From contig NC_069002.1 of the NCBI RefSeq assembly GCF_001194135.2, positions 22,983,805-23,047,804 of the forward strand: a stretch of DNA of 64,000 nucleotides. The letters run 5' to 3'. Each line of letters opens with the position of its first letter. Position 1 is the stretch's first letter. A program made the translations under genes and the position numbers. Below are positions 25,590-38,241 of the stretch, one piece after another. The notes below the pieces were generated by a model. That model had not been told where the DNA came from, searched no databases, and saw only the letters and a program-made list of their open reading frames with translations. Source of the stretch: Octopus bimaculoides. Its lineage: Eukaryota.

Positions 25590-25690
25590 GCCCTCCCTCA
25601 CCTCCTCACCTCCTTCCTCACCCCTCACCTCCTTTCTCACCTCCTCACCTCCTTCCTCACCCCTCACCTCCTTCCTCACCCCCCACCTCT
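25590..25690. repeat. Homopyrimidine-rich cctcacct/cctt minisatellite
   Basis: cctcacctcctcacctccttcctcacccctcacct repeated about 3 times. Confidence 0.85.
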
Positions 25691-26089
25691 GCTGCTCTCT
25701 TCATCCATTCTCTTCTTATTATTCTCAGCCAGTTAGTTTCCACCATCTTTATTCTGTCTTTACCTTGCTACTGGGCTCAGCAAAATTTAGAAGAATCTTT
25801 CTTGATCATCAGATCATATCTGGTCTTAATCACCTCTCTCTCTCTCTCATCCCAGCCCTCAGGCTCACCGTCACTCATTAGTATGGTTCACATCGTCATC
25901 ATCACCATTATTACTATTATTGAATGAAAGAGCAGCACACACCATCAAAGTGACACTGGGGTACAAATATACAAAGCCTAATACACGCATCATGACTACC
26001 CGTCTGATAAGGCTACACCAGGTACATGCATCACAACCATACATGCAGGATGTGATGTTCTCATATCAAGATAAACAGTACATGACCTT

Positions 26090-26478
26090 GCAGGTAGGAC
26101 CCAGTTAGAATTTTCTTCAGGTTGAGTAGCCCATCCTGCTCAAAAGGTCCCTGAATACGGTTTGTTTAAGGATGATGAATAAAACACCCATGTTTCCCAG
26201 GGTGAATTATTTAAACTCCAAAGAATTCCTCTCAATACATGGCTATGATGCTCCCCCACTACTTCTGCTCGTGATCAGAGATGCACATATCGTCAGCCAC
26301 CAAGGGACATGCTCAACTGGTTAAGGTCAAATAACTGACAAGCAAATCTGTGGTATTGAGCAGAATATTTGCTGTAGCCCATCATTTATATCAAGACAAA
26401 ACAATGTACACGATAACACTTCCAATCAATTAAGATCAGAAACCATGAGAGCCACTGCCCGGTACTGCACCAGGGCAC

Positions 26479-26480
<2 letters not shown>
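26090..26480 (-). mobile_element. Interspersed SINE-like repeat adjoining a (TTA)n tract
   Basis: GC-richer non-coding block with an RTE-like end (cctgaagaaaattctaactgggtcc on minus), bounded by a microsatellite. Family not assigned. Confidence 0.45.
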
Positions 26481-26525
<45 letters not shown>

Positions 26526-26529
26526 TCAT

Positions 26530-26792
26530 GTAAACTCACAGCTTATTTTGCTGCGTATGATGGAAAGTGTCAGCTGTCCACAGCCAACAAACTAAGGTGA
26601 CACTTGTTTACTGATCATACTTCAAGAACTCTGCAGAGAACTCTTGCAGTTCCAACCAATGTTGATTTTTACAGATTTTCTATCTTTACATTTGTACATA
26701 TCTTTTTTGATCCACTTTGGTAGATGAGTGCTGATATTTCCAAGCATCCCCAATTACTGCTGTTATCATGTCCACTCTCTTCATTGCCTACA

Positions 26793-26793
<1 letters not shown>
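26530..26793 (-). mobile_element. R4/Dong-like LINE 3' end (RLE C-terminus, 3'UTR, (TAA)n tail)
   Basis: Minus strand: AMKRVDMITAVIG.LGNISTHLPKWIKKI..VKIENL*KSTLVGTARVLCRVLEV*, matching V.PVVIGALG....LQK..LLGTARILRRVL. The (TAA)n tail is at about 26480-26525. Confidence 0.7.
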
Positions 26794-26853
<60 letters not shown>

Positions 26854-26854
26854 G

Positions 26855-27260
26855 ACATCACACAGTATACAATATCGGGAGGTTGTTGATTGAAGATATT
26901 GTGTCTACCGAGTGTTTGTACTTTTTGTCAAGTCACATCAAGGACCACAGACAGACAGTTCTTTAAGCAATATGCGTGCAGTTCCAAGTCATGCCAACTT
27001 TTGCATTACATCTAGATTGTAGGGTATTTCTAAAGTTTTCAGATTGGGTGGTATCGAACCCAATGCTCCGATGACAACAGGGACAAACTTTATGTTTGAC
27101 TCTCATAGCTGTCACATTTTGGCGATCTCATTTCTCAGGTCTCCATTATTATTATCATATGCTATTGTTTCATCTCCTTTGCTCACAGCAGGTAATTTAT
27201 TTGAGCTTTTGCCAGGTCAGATTCTTGAAACTTCATTATTTCATTGTTTTGATAATCACC
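26855..27260 (-). mobile_element. Second R4/Dong-like LINE 3' end with (TAA)n tail
   Basis: Minus strand: DLRNEIAKM*QL*ESNIKFVPVVIGALGSIPPNLKTLEIPYNLDVMQKLA*LGTARIL. The tail is (TAA)n at about 26795-26850. Confidence 0.75.
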
Positions 27261-27934
27261 ACAAACCCTTCAGCGAGATTTTTCTCCATCACTTATCCAC
27301 CATTGTTGTCATTCATTGTTCACCATTCATCATTTTTGCCAATGCTGTTAGTTTCTTCCCTTCTCGCATAGAATACCACAATGCGCTACAATCAACACAC
27401 CACACCACAATATACCTATGCTACAGCCAGCACACTATAACATATCATCAAGACACCATGCCATACTACAACCAATACATAAACATCTAGAAGCAACAGT
27501 CAAATCTCCCTCAAATCATGGTGTGTTGTCTTCATAAAGACATAAGGTGATGGAGTTTTACACTGCCTGTACATAAGAAAGCAGACAGGATGGTCATGGT
27601 AGAGATGCTTTTGATCATTAGTCTCCTCATCAGAGCTGACCGGGGGGCTAAACAACAACAACAAGGTACTATGATATATAGTACCCCCTGCCCCAACCCT
27701 CCAAAGATGACCACATCACAAAACATGTAAGGTGATTGAAAACTGACACACCAAAAATGACCACACCCTTGTGTACCCTGGATAATTGCATCCCCAACAT
27801 ACACTGCAATGCATTACAAGTCTTTACACCATTTGTTATTTGCATCTTGTAACCATCATCAATGTCTGTCTGTTTGTTTGTCCCTATATTCTTTCTTCTC
27901 TTGCACTATACTGCAATACAGTGCAACACATCAA

Positions 27935-28145
27935 TTTCAAATTTTGGCACAATGCCTGCAATTTCAAGGGAGTTGGATAAGTCTGTCAGTTCGACTCCAG
28001 TGTACAACTGGTATCTATTGACCCCCAAGAGGATTAAAGGTAAAGTTGACCTCAGTGGAAGTTGAACTCAGAATGTGAAGAAGAGCAAAAGTGCTGCTAA
28101 ACATTTTTACCTGGTGTGCTAACGATTCTGTAAGCTTCCTGCCTT
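27935..28145 (-). mobile_element. Family B SINE
   Basis: ttggcacaatgcc...gttgaactcagaatgtgaag...gtgctaacgattctg. Confidence 0.8.
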
Positions 28146-28452
28146 AATACTGTGCAACATATTGCAGCACATGGCTGTTCATTATCTTATACCACATTAT
28201 GCAACACTGCACCATACCACATTATGCAACACTGCACCATACCACAATATGTTGTGCAATTGTGCAAGTGGCTATTGATTTTCATTACGTGTACAAAAGA
28301 AACGAAACTCGTACCAATTTGGTGACATTTCCGTCTGCAACATGCACATGCATAGGTGCACACATATAGGTGCAGATGCAACAGGGTAGCTTTGTGACAA
28401 TGCATTCACATGTACACACAGTCACGCATACATATTCTCTTTCTCACACATG

Positions 28453-28494
<42 letters not shown>

Positions 28495-28799
28495 ATGCTG
28501 TTAAGTCAAAAATCTTTGTTCTCTTTCTGATCTTCCAATCTCTTTTTCTTTATTTTCTGTCTCAACAAATATCAGACATTGAATATAATGAGNNNNNNNN
28601 NNTTTGTTCTCTTTCTGATCTTCCAATCTCTTTTTCTTTATTTTCTGTCTCAACAAATATCAGACATTGAATATAATGAGAGAGAAGGGTGGAGGTGGTG
28701 GGGAGAGATGAGTTGATGGACAGATAGAGGGAGGTGGGGGAAGAGAAGAAGGAGGCTAGATGGAAAAAGGAAGAGTGAAAGAGACAGGCATGAGAGAGT

Positions 28800-28854
<55 letters not shown>

Positions 28855-30031
28855 AGAAAGAGAGAGAGACAAAAAGAACAAAAGCGGGAGAGATATGCAG
28901 AGAACAGAGAAATAGAGAGAGAAGCTCGTCGTGTGTGTGCGTATATATACATATATATACACACACACACACACACTTACATATACATATATAGATGTAT
29001 ATATATCTATCTATGTATATATATATATGTATATATGTGTATATATATGTATATGTTTGTATACATATATATATACGTATGTATATATGTATATGTNNNN
29101 NNNNNNNNNNNNNNNNNNNNNNNNNNNNNNNNNNNNNNNNNNNNNNNNNNNNNNNNNNNNNNNNNNNNNNNNNNNNNNNNNNNNNNNNNNNNNNNNNNNN
29201 NNNNNNNNNNNNNNNNNNNNNNNNNNNNNNNNNNNNNNNNNNNNNNNNNNNNNNNNNNNNNNNNNNNNNNNNNNNNNNNNNNNNNNNNNNNNNNNNNNNN
29301 NNNNNNNNNNNNNNNNNNNNNNNNNNNNNNNNNNNNNNNNNNNNNNNNNNNNNNNNNNNNNNNNNNNNNNNNNNNNNNNNNNNNNNNNNNNNNNNNNNNN
29401 NNNNNNNNNNNNNNNNNNNNNNNNNNNNNNNNNNNNNNNNNNNNNNNNNNNNNNNNNNNNNNNNNNNNNNNNNNNNNNNNNNNNNNNNNNNNNNNNNNNN
29501 NNNNNNNNNNNNNNNNNNNNNNNNNNNNNNNNNNNNNNNNNNNNNNNNNNNNNNNNNNNNNNNNNNNNNNNNNNNNNNNNNNNNNNNNNNNNNNNNNNNN
29601 NNNNNNNNNNNNNNNNNNNNNNNNNNNNNNNNNNNNNNNNNNNNNNNNNNNNNNNNNNNNNNNNNNNNNNNNNNNNNNNNNNNNNNNNNNNNNNNNNNNN
29701 NNNNNNNNNNNNNNNNNNNNNNNNNNNNNNNNNNNNNNNNNNNNNNNNNNNNNNNNNNNNNNNNNNNNNNNNNNNNNNNNNNNNNNNNNNNNNNNNNNNN
29801 NNNNNNNNNNNNNNNNNNNNNNNNNNNNNNNNNNNNNNNNNNNNNNNNNNNNNNNNNNNNNNNNNNNNNNNNNNNNNNNCTACTTCTAAACCACGTGGTT
29901 CGAGGTTCGATCTCACTGTGTTTTACTTGGGGGTGGGTTGTGGTGGGGGAGGAAGTGTCTTCTGGCTAAGCCTTGGTGGACTGACCAAAGTTTTAGGATT
30001 CAAATTTGGTGACTGGTAACTGTGAAAGCCA

Positions 30032-30072
<41 letters not shown>

Positions 30073-30749
30073 ATGCGCATTTCTGTTTGTTTTTCTTGCT
30101 GCTGTGCTAAAATCACTATAACTTTTTGTCAAAACGAGATGGATAGAATGAATATCAGACTCTTATGAAAAATAACAGCAATAATTCTGGTTCTGACAGC
30201 TTTATATTTTTCTAAATAGAAAGAAAAGGGAAAGTATGGAATCAAAATCAAAGAGTGATTGATTTATTTTATTACCTAGAAAACTCTTAATTCTTTCCTA
30301 TCCAGTGCTATCATTATGAACCTTTGAACTTCCACATTTTGTTGAAAATTTGTTTAATTTTCTTTAAAATGTGATTTATTTTTGTCTGAAGATAAAAACT
30401 GCTGTTGTTAGAATTGGTTGCAGGAGCTTCTCTTTTCCAACATATTTCTAGTTCTATCAATTTCTAAAGATCTTCACAGATGAGGGTTTTGCTTTCTGGA
30501 TGCTAAATAAGTCCTGAATGTTGCTTATATCTCTGAGAGGCCAATACCAAGCAAGTGATTTGATATAGGACCATGTGTTCAAATCATAACAATCGCAGCA
30601 TGGAAGACACAAGTTAGCCATCCAAAAACAAATAATAAACGTTTCAGTGAAGTTAACAGTGTTTGTCTGTTATTTGGTATCAAAATTTTCATCACACAAA
30701 CTACAACCTTGTCACAGACAAGATTACATTTCATTTCAGATATTTAAGT

Positions 30750-31680
30750 GAAATTAACAGTCTTTGTGTGTGTTTCCAAATGGCTAACATGCGTCTTCTA
30801 TGCTGCAATCATATCACTTTTATCAATTCTTTGAATTGCACTTCCTGTGCCATTTGTACAAGACTAATTACTAATTTTCATTCTTTATCCTTTAGTCTTT
30901 ATTCACTACATTTGGATACAATTTCTCCCAAATCCTAATTTATTGCTTACATAACAAAATGTTACAGAATTATTTCCTGGATATTGTATTTAACTAACTC
31001 ACAGTCTTCTAAGATAATAATGATATTCTTTAAAATGGAAATAATTCCCTAATCTGTAGTAAAGTTAGGTTTGGCAGAATGAGAATTACTTCAAACAGAC
31101 AAATTTGGAGTTAATCAAGATTTGCTGTCCAAAAGCAGAACTGCCTTTGGCTTGGAGTTCTCACAACAATATTTGCCAGCATTATAGAAATGTTCATTGA
31201 ACCATTCTATAAACAATTCCATCGTAATCCAAACTTATCTGTAAGACATCTATATGACATAGATGCCTTTCATTGCTCTTGGAGTATCAGAATGGTAAAG
31301 TAGCCATGGTTTAAGTTTCAAATCTCCAGTGGCATTCGATTCTAATAAGAACAGAAAATGATCTGGTGGCTATCTCTTTGGAAATAGAACTCCGTAGAGG
31401 TTAAATATTTCCAAAATAATGCAGAGTTCTTTACACTGTTGGGTGTTTATCTCTTTCTCTAATATTCTTCAAAAAATGTGTTGGAAACTCCAATACATCC
31501 TCTACGTTGCAACTTGTTAATTCTCGTGATACCCCAACATCATGGAGACTAAATCATTTCTTGAACCTTCTATACTAACCACAAGAAGCAACGAGCACTT
31601 GAGCAAGTTCCTCAGTTTCCTTGTTTCAATTGATTAAACAAATCTGATGCCTTTTGCTGGATAATGGCTTGGAAAAGTAA
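30750..31680 (-). mobile_element. pogo/Tigger (DDE_1) transposase relic
   Basis: Minus strand with frameshifts: IIQQKASDLFNQLK, VAS.G*YRRFKK, FPTHFLKNI, SALFWKYL, LLESNATGDLKLKPWLLYHSDTPRAMKG, ELFIEWFNEHF, KAVLLLD. This is the Tigger motif order. Confidence 0.85.
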
Positions 31681-33499
31681 CAAGTGGTGCAGTGTCTTAG
31701 TGTCCACTTAAGGAGTTGGTTGTGATGATAATAATGACAATGATGATGATGATGATGATTGTGATGATGATGATGATTGTGATGATGATGCTGACAGTAG
31801 TGTTAACATCAATGGTGATGATGGTGATGATGATGATGATGATGGTGACGGTGACAATGATGATTGATGGTGGTTGTGATTGTGATGGTGAGTCAAGAAG
31901 ATGATGGTGGTGAAGAGAATTGTTGTTATTGTTTAGCCCCAGATCAGCCTGGATCCAGTAGACCTATGAGGAAAAACATTCCAGATTTCCATTTTTGTAA
32001 ATGCAAGATCAGTTTTGTTGTTGTTGTTGTCGTTTAGTATCATGCCAGCTCTGATTGGTCAGAATTATGATTGAAAGTATGTTATCCATGGCCATCCTGT
32101 GTTTGAGGGTGTCTACAGTTACATTATCTAATGTGTCCTTTCTTCTTTTTTCATAAACAGTTAAATGTATTGTGAGGAAGAGTTTTGGCTGCTATATCTA
32201 GCAGTTAAAGCAGCTCAGTTCAGTCATTACGACAACAACAACAACAGCATAAAACATTCATGTGAATCCTCTTTGTTACAGAAATAGCAACATTTCATTT
32301 GAAAGCTGTTGTTGTTCTCTGTTGCATTTATAATGGCAGAGAAATTGAATTTTTAATTGTTAAATATTAAAAAAATTCCCCCTCTTCACTAATTCCAGCC
32401 AAAACACATTTCCAAATTCTTTCCATCATTTTCTCCCCACCCTTCCCGCCATCTGTGCAGAAAGAAATGTTAAAATTCCTCATTTTTCCTTATTGCTTCC
32501 TACCAAAATCATGGCTGGCTTTATATTTTTCCCTTTTTATTTCAATCATTTATGGAATTAATTACATTTTTCTATCAAGTAATCAGAATTTTCCAAACTA
32601 ATTAACCATCTTTTGTATTTCTAATTTTTGAACTGCTTTTTAATTGGTTATTTTCTTTGATCACACTCTCAGTCAAGAACCTTTATTTCCACCATAAGGA
32701 ATCGGTGTCATTCATTACAGTTCTACAGCGACATAGGGAACAATTCCACTTATACATCATTAAGAACCCCTCTCACCCTGCTTTGCTCTTGCACTCAACA
32801 TATCATGGACTATACAAGTCATGTTGCTATCAAACTATTTATTCCTCTATATTCAGGAATTGAAATACCGATTCTTAGAAGCAAGAAAACAATCATTTTT
32901 AGAACATCTGCTCTCTCTTTCCTAACTCTACTCACATTCTAAATGGATGATCATCTAAAACTTTGGTTTTGTTTAATTATCTTTTGTCTCCTCTTGTTCT
33001 ATTTTTACCCCTTCATTAACATTCTCTAATTGTATAACTTTTGTGCCTGAGCTGAATTGTACTACATTTCAAAGCATGTACATGTGATCATTCACCTGCA
33101 TGTAATTATACAGGGTACTGTGCTGGGGTACCTTGCTACAATATACAGTTAAAGTACTTTTTAATTATCTACTATTTCATTTTGTTACAGGGCAGCACTA
33201 CATGTGTCTTGTGGATATATATATTCACAAGAGTATATATATATATTGGTGACTAATGGCTTTTACCAGACTGACTCAACCAAGATGTAATATATGGAAA
33301 TAGGGTTTTCGGTTGGAACTATGTAAAGCTGGTCTTTAGTTATAAATATATAAAGATTGGCTTCCATTTCTATGGTCTCATAGCTTATTGAACACTTCAT
33401 AACATAATGTATATTCCCACACAGTTGGACAATTTTCTCTTTGTACCAATCTACATTATATAACCCAAACTGTACAAAATATAATGTAATATTATATAT

Positions 33500-33690
33500 A
33501 TATAGTTGAAATTTACAGAAAAACAAAAGGCGAAGACAGGTGTATAAACAACAAGCAGGTGGTTAAGTTTGATGCTCGGGAGGGTGAGAAGGTCTTTTAC
33601 GTCTCGAGCCTACGCTCCTCAACAGAAAGGAACACGAGGGAATAAACAGAGAGAGAATAAAAAACTTGTGGAGTTAGCAGTCAATCATAT
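33500..33690 (-). mobile_element. Pseudo-LTR-like repeat carrying a variant hammerhead-like motif; homologous to 59210-59345
   Basis: Shared with 59210-59345: ctttctgttga..agcgtag.ct.ga..  aaagac.ttctcac..cccgag...aaact...cacctgtcttcg. Confidence 0.7.
33594..33629 (-). ncRNA. Hammerhead-like motif with non-canonical core
   Basis: Minus strand: CUUU-CUGUUGA-G-GAGC-guag-GCUC-GAGAC-GUA-AAAG. Helices I and II pair perfectly and helix III is zero-loop. Confidence 0.5.
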
Positions 33691-34624
33691 ATATATATAT
33701 ATATGTGTGTGTGGTTGTGTGTGTGTAAATATATAGAACTTTTTCTCTGACCATATATTATAGCAATATCTACAGTTCATAGCTCTGTGCTTCTCCCTCA
33801 CCACAAAGTCCAGTTTGTATGTTTGTGCTGCAGTCTAATAACAGTGTCCAGTTTGTATCACACTGCTCCTCTCTCTTAACACAGTGTCCTGTTGATGTCT
33901 CTTTATGTCTCTTTCATAACACAGTGTCCAGTCCATATCATTGTGCCCTTTCCTTATCCGAACTCACTGGTGCAGTCACTGAATTACATTCCACGGAATT
34001 AATCGGTTACTATAAATGATTTCAGTTTTTTCTTATTTGATTTCCATGACTTTAGGAGGTGAATGTTGATACAAGTTTAAAGTTGGTATTGATTTTTGTG
34101 GAGTGGTGAAGATACATTGATAATTTATTTGTTTGTTACCCCAGTTCACATTGCAGAAGATTTCAGAAGCATAATGATAAAGTATTTTGTAGTTGTCATT
34201 ATTTAAATTTTGGTGATTTTGGTATTTTCGATAAAAAAACCATTTACTGTATTCATGTCTACCCTGTCTTTAACCATTTATTACTCTCCTCTCACACTCT
34301 TGTGAACTTAATCACCCACCCTTCCAAATTCTCTGTCTCTATTTTCTCTCTACTCATTTTCTTGTTCCTTGAGGGTGTACTCTGACATCTCATCAGTGCT
34401 ATCTTTATCTGTCTTTCTAGTTACTCCCATCCACTCTTATATAATGCAGGATAGCCTGCAAGACTCCTTTCCTGTCCCACTCAACACTGGTCATAAAACC
34501 CACCTCTCTCTCTCTACTACAACCCTGTTCATTCACAGGGTCTTGCAAGTTACTTGGTGACCTCACTAGTGTGGGTACCACAGAACATAGACCCAGTACT
34601 CTCTGTAATGTAGTTGGTATAAGG

Positions 34625-34951
34625 CAGTGTTTCTCAACCTTTTTACCCTTGTGTAACCCTTAAAATAAATTACATGTCTCAAGGAACCCCTGCACAAAAA
34701 AAATTATACATCATATCTTTCTCATATTTTTTCATCATAGTTCACATGGTAAATATCATATATATATATATACATATATGGTTGTTATTTTTTTTGATAA
34801 CATAATAGGTTAGATAGGATGATGTCTATATTACAATAACCAATAATATGTTGTGCATGTATAGTAATATTACGATCATGAAATTAGCGGAACCCCTAGG
34901 AACCTTTTGCAGAACCCTAATGTTCCAGGGGACGTCGGTTGAGAAACACTG
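34625..34951. mobile_element. hAT (Charlie-like) MITE
   Basis: Perfect 15-bp TIR cagtgtttctcaacc/ggttgagaaacactg and 8-bp TSD gtataagg (34617-34624, 34952-34959). Confidence 0.92.
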
Positions 34952-35194
34952 GTATAAGGAAAGGCATCTAGCCATGGAAACCATTCCAAAGCAGGTGTTG
35001 GATCTCAGTGCAGTCCTCTGGCCCTTCAACTTCTACCAAATTGTCCGAGTCATGACAGCATGCAAGACAGCCATTAATTAATGATGACAACTTGATGCCA
35101 TTCCATCGCTCAGAGAAATCTCAATGTCTTTTACATGGATCACAAAATTTCTACAGAAACTATATTTACTGTAAAGGTATTTGTTACTGTTGCT

Positions 35195-35400
35195 TTCTAG
35201 AAGTTTGGTGAAATTTCTGGCACTATTTCATGTAACAAAGACAGCTCAAAGTTTTTCACATGGCTTGCAGGATTTCTATGGAAACCATGTCTTTATTGAG
35301 ACATTTGTTGTTGTAGTTGTTAAGCTTTTAGTAATTTTGTTAACTGCCTGGCACCATTCCACAGAATAACGGTAAGAGTGAAATTCTGTGCTCGGCTTCC
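35195..35400 (+). mobile_element. Possible LTR-retrotransposon integrase relic
   Basis: FGEISGTISCNKDS / QSFSHGLQDFYGNH / TAWH-PQNNGKSE, resembling FG.P..I.SDNG.QF...F..F / T.YHPQSNG..ER across frameshifts. Confidence 0.35.
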
Positions 35401-35965
35401 CAAACTTACAACACGGACCACAACTTGAAGTAAAATTGTTATTATGGCTGTTGACATTGAGGTTTTCATTATTGTTTAAGTGTCTTTGATGAATATGTTG
35501 CCATTATTCCATATGAAGCAAAATTAATCTGTGTCATGAAAATGTCTTGAGAGACTGACAAAGGAATATCAGGGTTGGTAATAAAGTTTCTTCATGTTTT
35601 TTCCTCTTCTCTTGTTGCTGTTTCGGTAGTTTGGCGATTGTGTAGAAAGATAGATGGCTTTAGTTGAGATATTAGCTCAACTAATCACACATTTCTCTGA
35701 TATGGAATGACAGGAAATGGAGTTTCTGAAGATGGCAGGTATAATGAAATCATTAAAGTTCTTTCCAAATTGAGTCGGCAGCTTTTAGAAACGATAAACC
35801 ATGGATGATGATAGCTTGTTGTCAGTGACTTACATTCCTTCACACATACACTTGTACATGCGTAACTATCATTATATCCATGCAAATGCTGCCATTATCA
35901 TGTGAAGAATTATGTACTTTTAAAGGATGTGCCCCAGCATGACCACAATTAATAGGTAAACCCAG

Positions 35966-36004
<39 letters not shown>

Positions 36005-36878
36005 NNNNNNNNNNNNNNNNNNNNNNNNNNNNNNNNNNNNNNNNNNNNNNNNNNNNNNNNNNNNNNNNNNNNNNNNNNNNNNNNNNNNNNNNNNNNNNNN
36101 NNNNNNNNNNNNNNNNNNNNNNNNNNNNNNNNNNNNNNNNNNNNNNNNNNNNNNNNNNNNNNNNNNNNNNNNNNNNNNNNNNNNNNNNNNNNNNNNNNNN
36201 NNNNNNNNNNNNNNNNNNNNNNNNNNNNNNNNNNNNNNNNNNNNNNNNNNNNNNNNNNNNNNNNNNNNNNNNNNNNNNNNNNNNNNNNNNNNNNNNNNNN
36301 NNNNNNNNNNNNNNNNNNNNNNNNNNNNNNNNNNNNNNNNNNNNNNNNNNNNNNNNNNNNNNNNNNNNNNNNNNNNNNNNNNNNNNNNNNNNNNNNNNNN
36401 NNNNNNNNNNNNNNNNNNNNNNNNNNNNNNNNNNNNNNNNNNNNNNNNNNNNNNNNNNNNNNNNNNNNNNNNNNNNNNNNNNNNNNNNNNNNNNNNNNNN
36501 NNNNNNNNNNNNNNNNNNNNNNNNNNNNNNNNNNNNNNNNNNNNNNNNNNNNNNNNNNNNNNNNNNNNNNNNNNNNNNNNNNNNNNNNNNNNNNNNNNNN
36601 NNNNNNNNNNNNNNNNNNNNNNNNNNNNNNNNNNNNNNNNNNNNNNNNNNNNNNNNNNNNNNNNNNNNNNNNNNNNNNNNNNNNNNNNNNNNNNNNNNNN
36701 NNNNNNNNNNNNNNNNNNNNNNNNNNNNNNNNNNNNNNNNNNNNNNNNNNNNNNNNNNNNNNNNNNNNNNNNNNNNNNNNNNNNNNNNNNNNNNNNNNNN
36801 NNNNNNNNNNNNNNNNNNNNNNNNNNNNNNNNNNNNNNNNNNNNNNNNNNNNNNNNNNNNNNNNNNNNNNNNNNNNNN

Positions 36879-36990
36879 CGATAGAATAAGTACTAGGCTT
36901 CCAAAGAATAAGTCCTGGGGTCGATTTGCTCGACTAAAGGCGGTGCTCCAGCATGGCCACAGTCAAAAGACAGAAACAAGTAAAAGAGTA
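36879..36990 (+). mobile_element. SINE family A tail
   Basis: gaataagtcctggggtcgatttgctcgactaaaggcggtgctccagcatggccacagtc. Confidence 0.8.
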
Positions 36991-36996
36991 AAAGAG

Positions 36997-37039
<43 letters not shown>

Positions 37040-37042
<3 letters not shown>

Positions 37043-37310
37043 TATATCAGTGAGGGCATGTAGTCTTGTGGTCAGAATGTTGCAGTCATGTGATTGCGGT
37101 TTTTATTCCCAGACCAGGCATTGTGTTGTATTCTTGCACAAAACCCTTCATCACATGTTGCTCTGTGACTACTTTGACATATGACATGGGGCACGCTCTG
37201 TGCACCTGTTCACGCAACGTTGATTTAATGGAGGGAGGGAGTTTAATGAACAACACAAACATTTGATCACTATAAACAAATCAACCGTACAGGTTATTCA
37301 GCAAGAATTC
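37040..37310 (+). mobile_element. tRNA-derived SINE (family D), degenerate; related copy at about 61575-61830
   Basis: tRNA-like head and shared tgttgt.ttcttg..caaaac.ctt.....catgttgctc segment. Confidence 0.55.
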
Positions 37311-37364
37311 ATGGAACCTTCACTTGTCAGCTTTGACTGTAGAGCCCCACTCCTACCACATATA

Positions 37365-37577
37365 CAGGGTAGAACACAAAAGTAGGTTTACAGTTATCAC
37401 ATAGGCACTTTAAATTTCTTTTAAAACATTTTATTACATTTAAATCTCTATCTTACAATTAACTAAATTAGCATAGAATAATGGTTTCATATTTTTTTAT
37501 AATTAAGATCTAAACTGTTAATATATGAATGCGAAAGAGATAGTTGAATAACTGTAAACCTACTTTTGGGCCACCCG
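37365..37577. mobile_element. Tc1/mariner-type MITE
   Basis: TIRs cagggtagaacacaaaagtaggtttacagtt and aactgtaaacctacttttgggccacccg, flanked by TA. Confidence 0.85.
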
Positions 37578-37946
37578 TATATAATATATATCCATCTATG
37601 CCATTCCAGGGACCTGTAAGGCTTTGATAGAGTTATAGGGGTGTGGTTGTGACTTACAGTGTGTCTTGGGTATTTTTAAACCTGGTATGAATTATCTTCC
37701 TCCAGTTCTGGCCAAGATCAGTGGCTTCCAGAAGGAGAGAAATAGACAAGAAAAGAGTGAGGGAAATAGAAAATTCCATCCCAGTACAACATTGATACTT
37801 TGATTATTGACCCCAAAAGGAGGAAAAGAAAAAAATGACCATTACTGAATTTGAACCCCGAGTGCAAGGAGCTTGAATGATTACTGCAAAATATTCTGTT
37901 TGCTGTGAAAATCCCTCTGCCAGTTGGCCACCTCTCTCTCTCCATG

Positions 37947-37978
<32 letters not shown>

Positions 37979-38140
37979 TGTATGTATGTATGCTTGCATG
38001 TATGCATGCATGCATGCATGCGTTATGTATGTACATATGCATGCATTATGTTTGTACATATGTACATACATATGCATTCATGCACTATGAATATATGTGT
38101 TTATATATGTGTGTGCCTCTGTAACATAATGTGATAAAGT

Positions 38141-38241
38141 GTTCCTGTGATACTCTGTTGTGATGCAGTATCTAAATACATTTAGAAACATTCAGTACTG
38201 TGATTCCAAACAACCACAATGGCGAAACATATGTAAGGAAC
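38141..38241 (+). ncRNA. Decayed type I hammerhead motif (probably inactive)
   Basis: GUUCCU-[GUGAUAC]-U-CUGUUGUG-[52 nt]-CACAAUGG-C-GAAAC-AUAU-GUA-AGGAAC. Helix I is 6 bp perfect and helix III is the palindrome ACAUAUGU. The CUGAUGA box has 3 mismatches. Confidence 0.5.

Noticed and set aside
28513-28680. About 78-bp direct duplication around a 10-N gap
   Set aside because: Identical sequence on both sides of a tiny gap is the typical signature of unmerged contig overlap.
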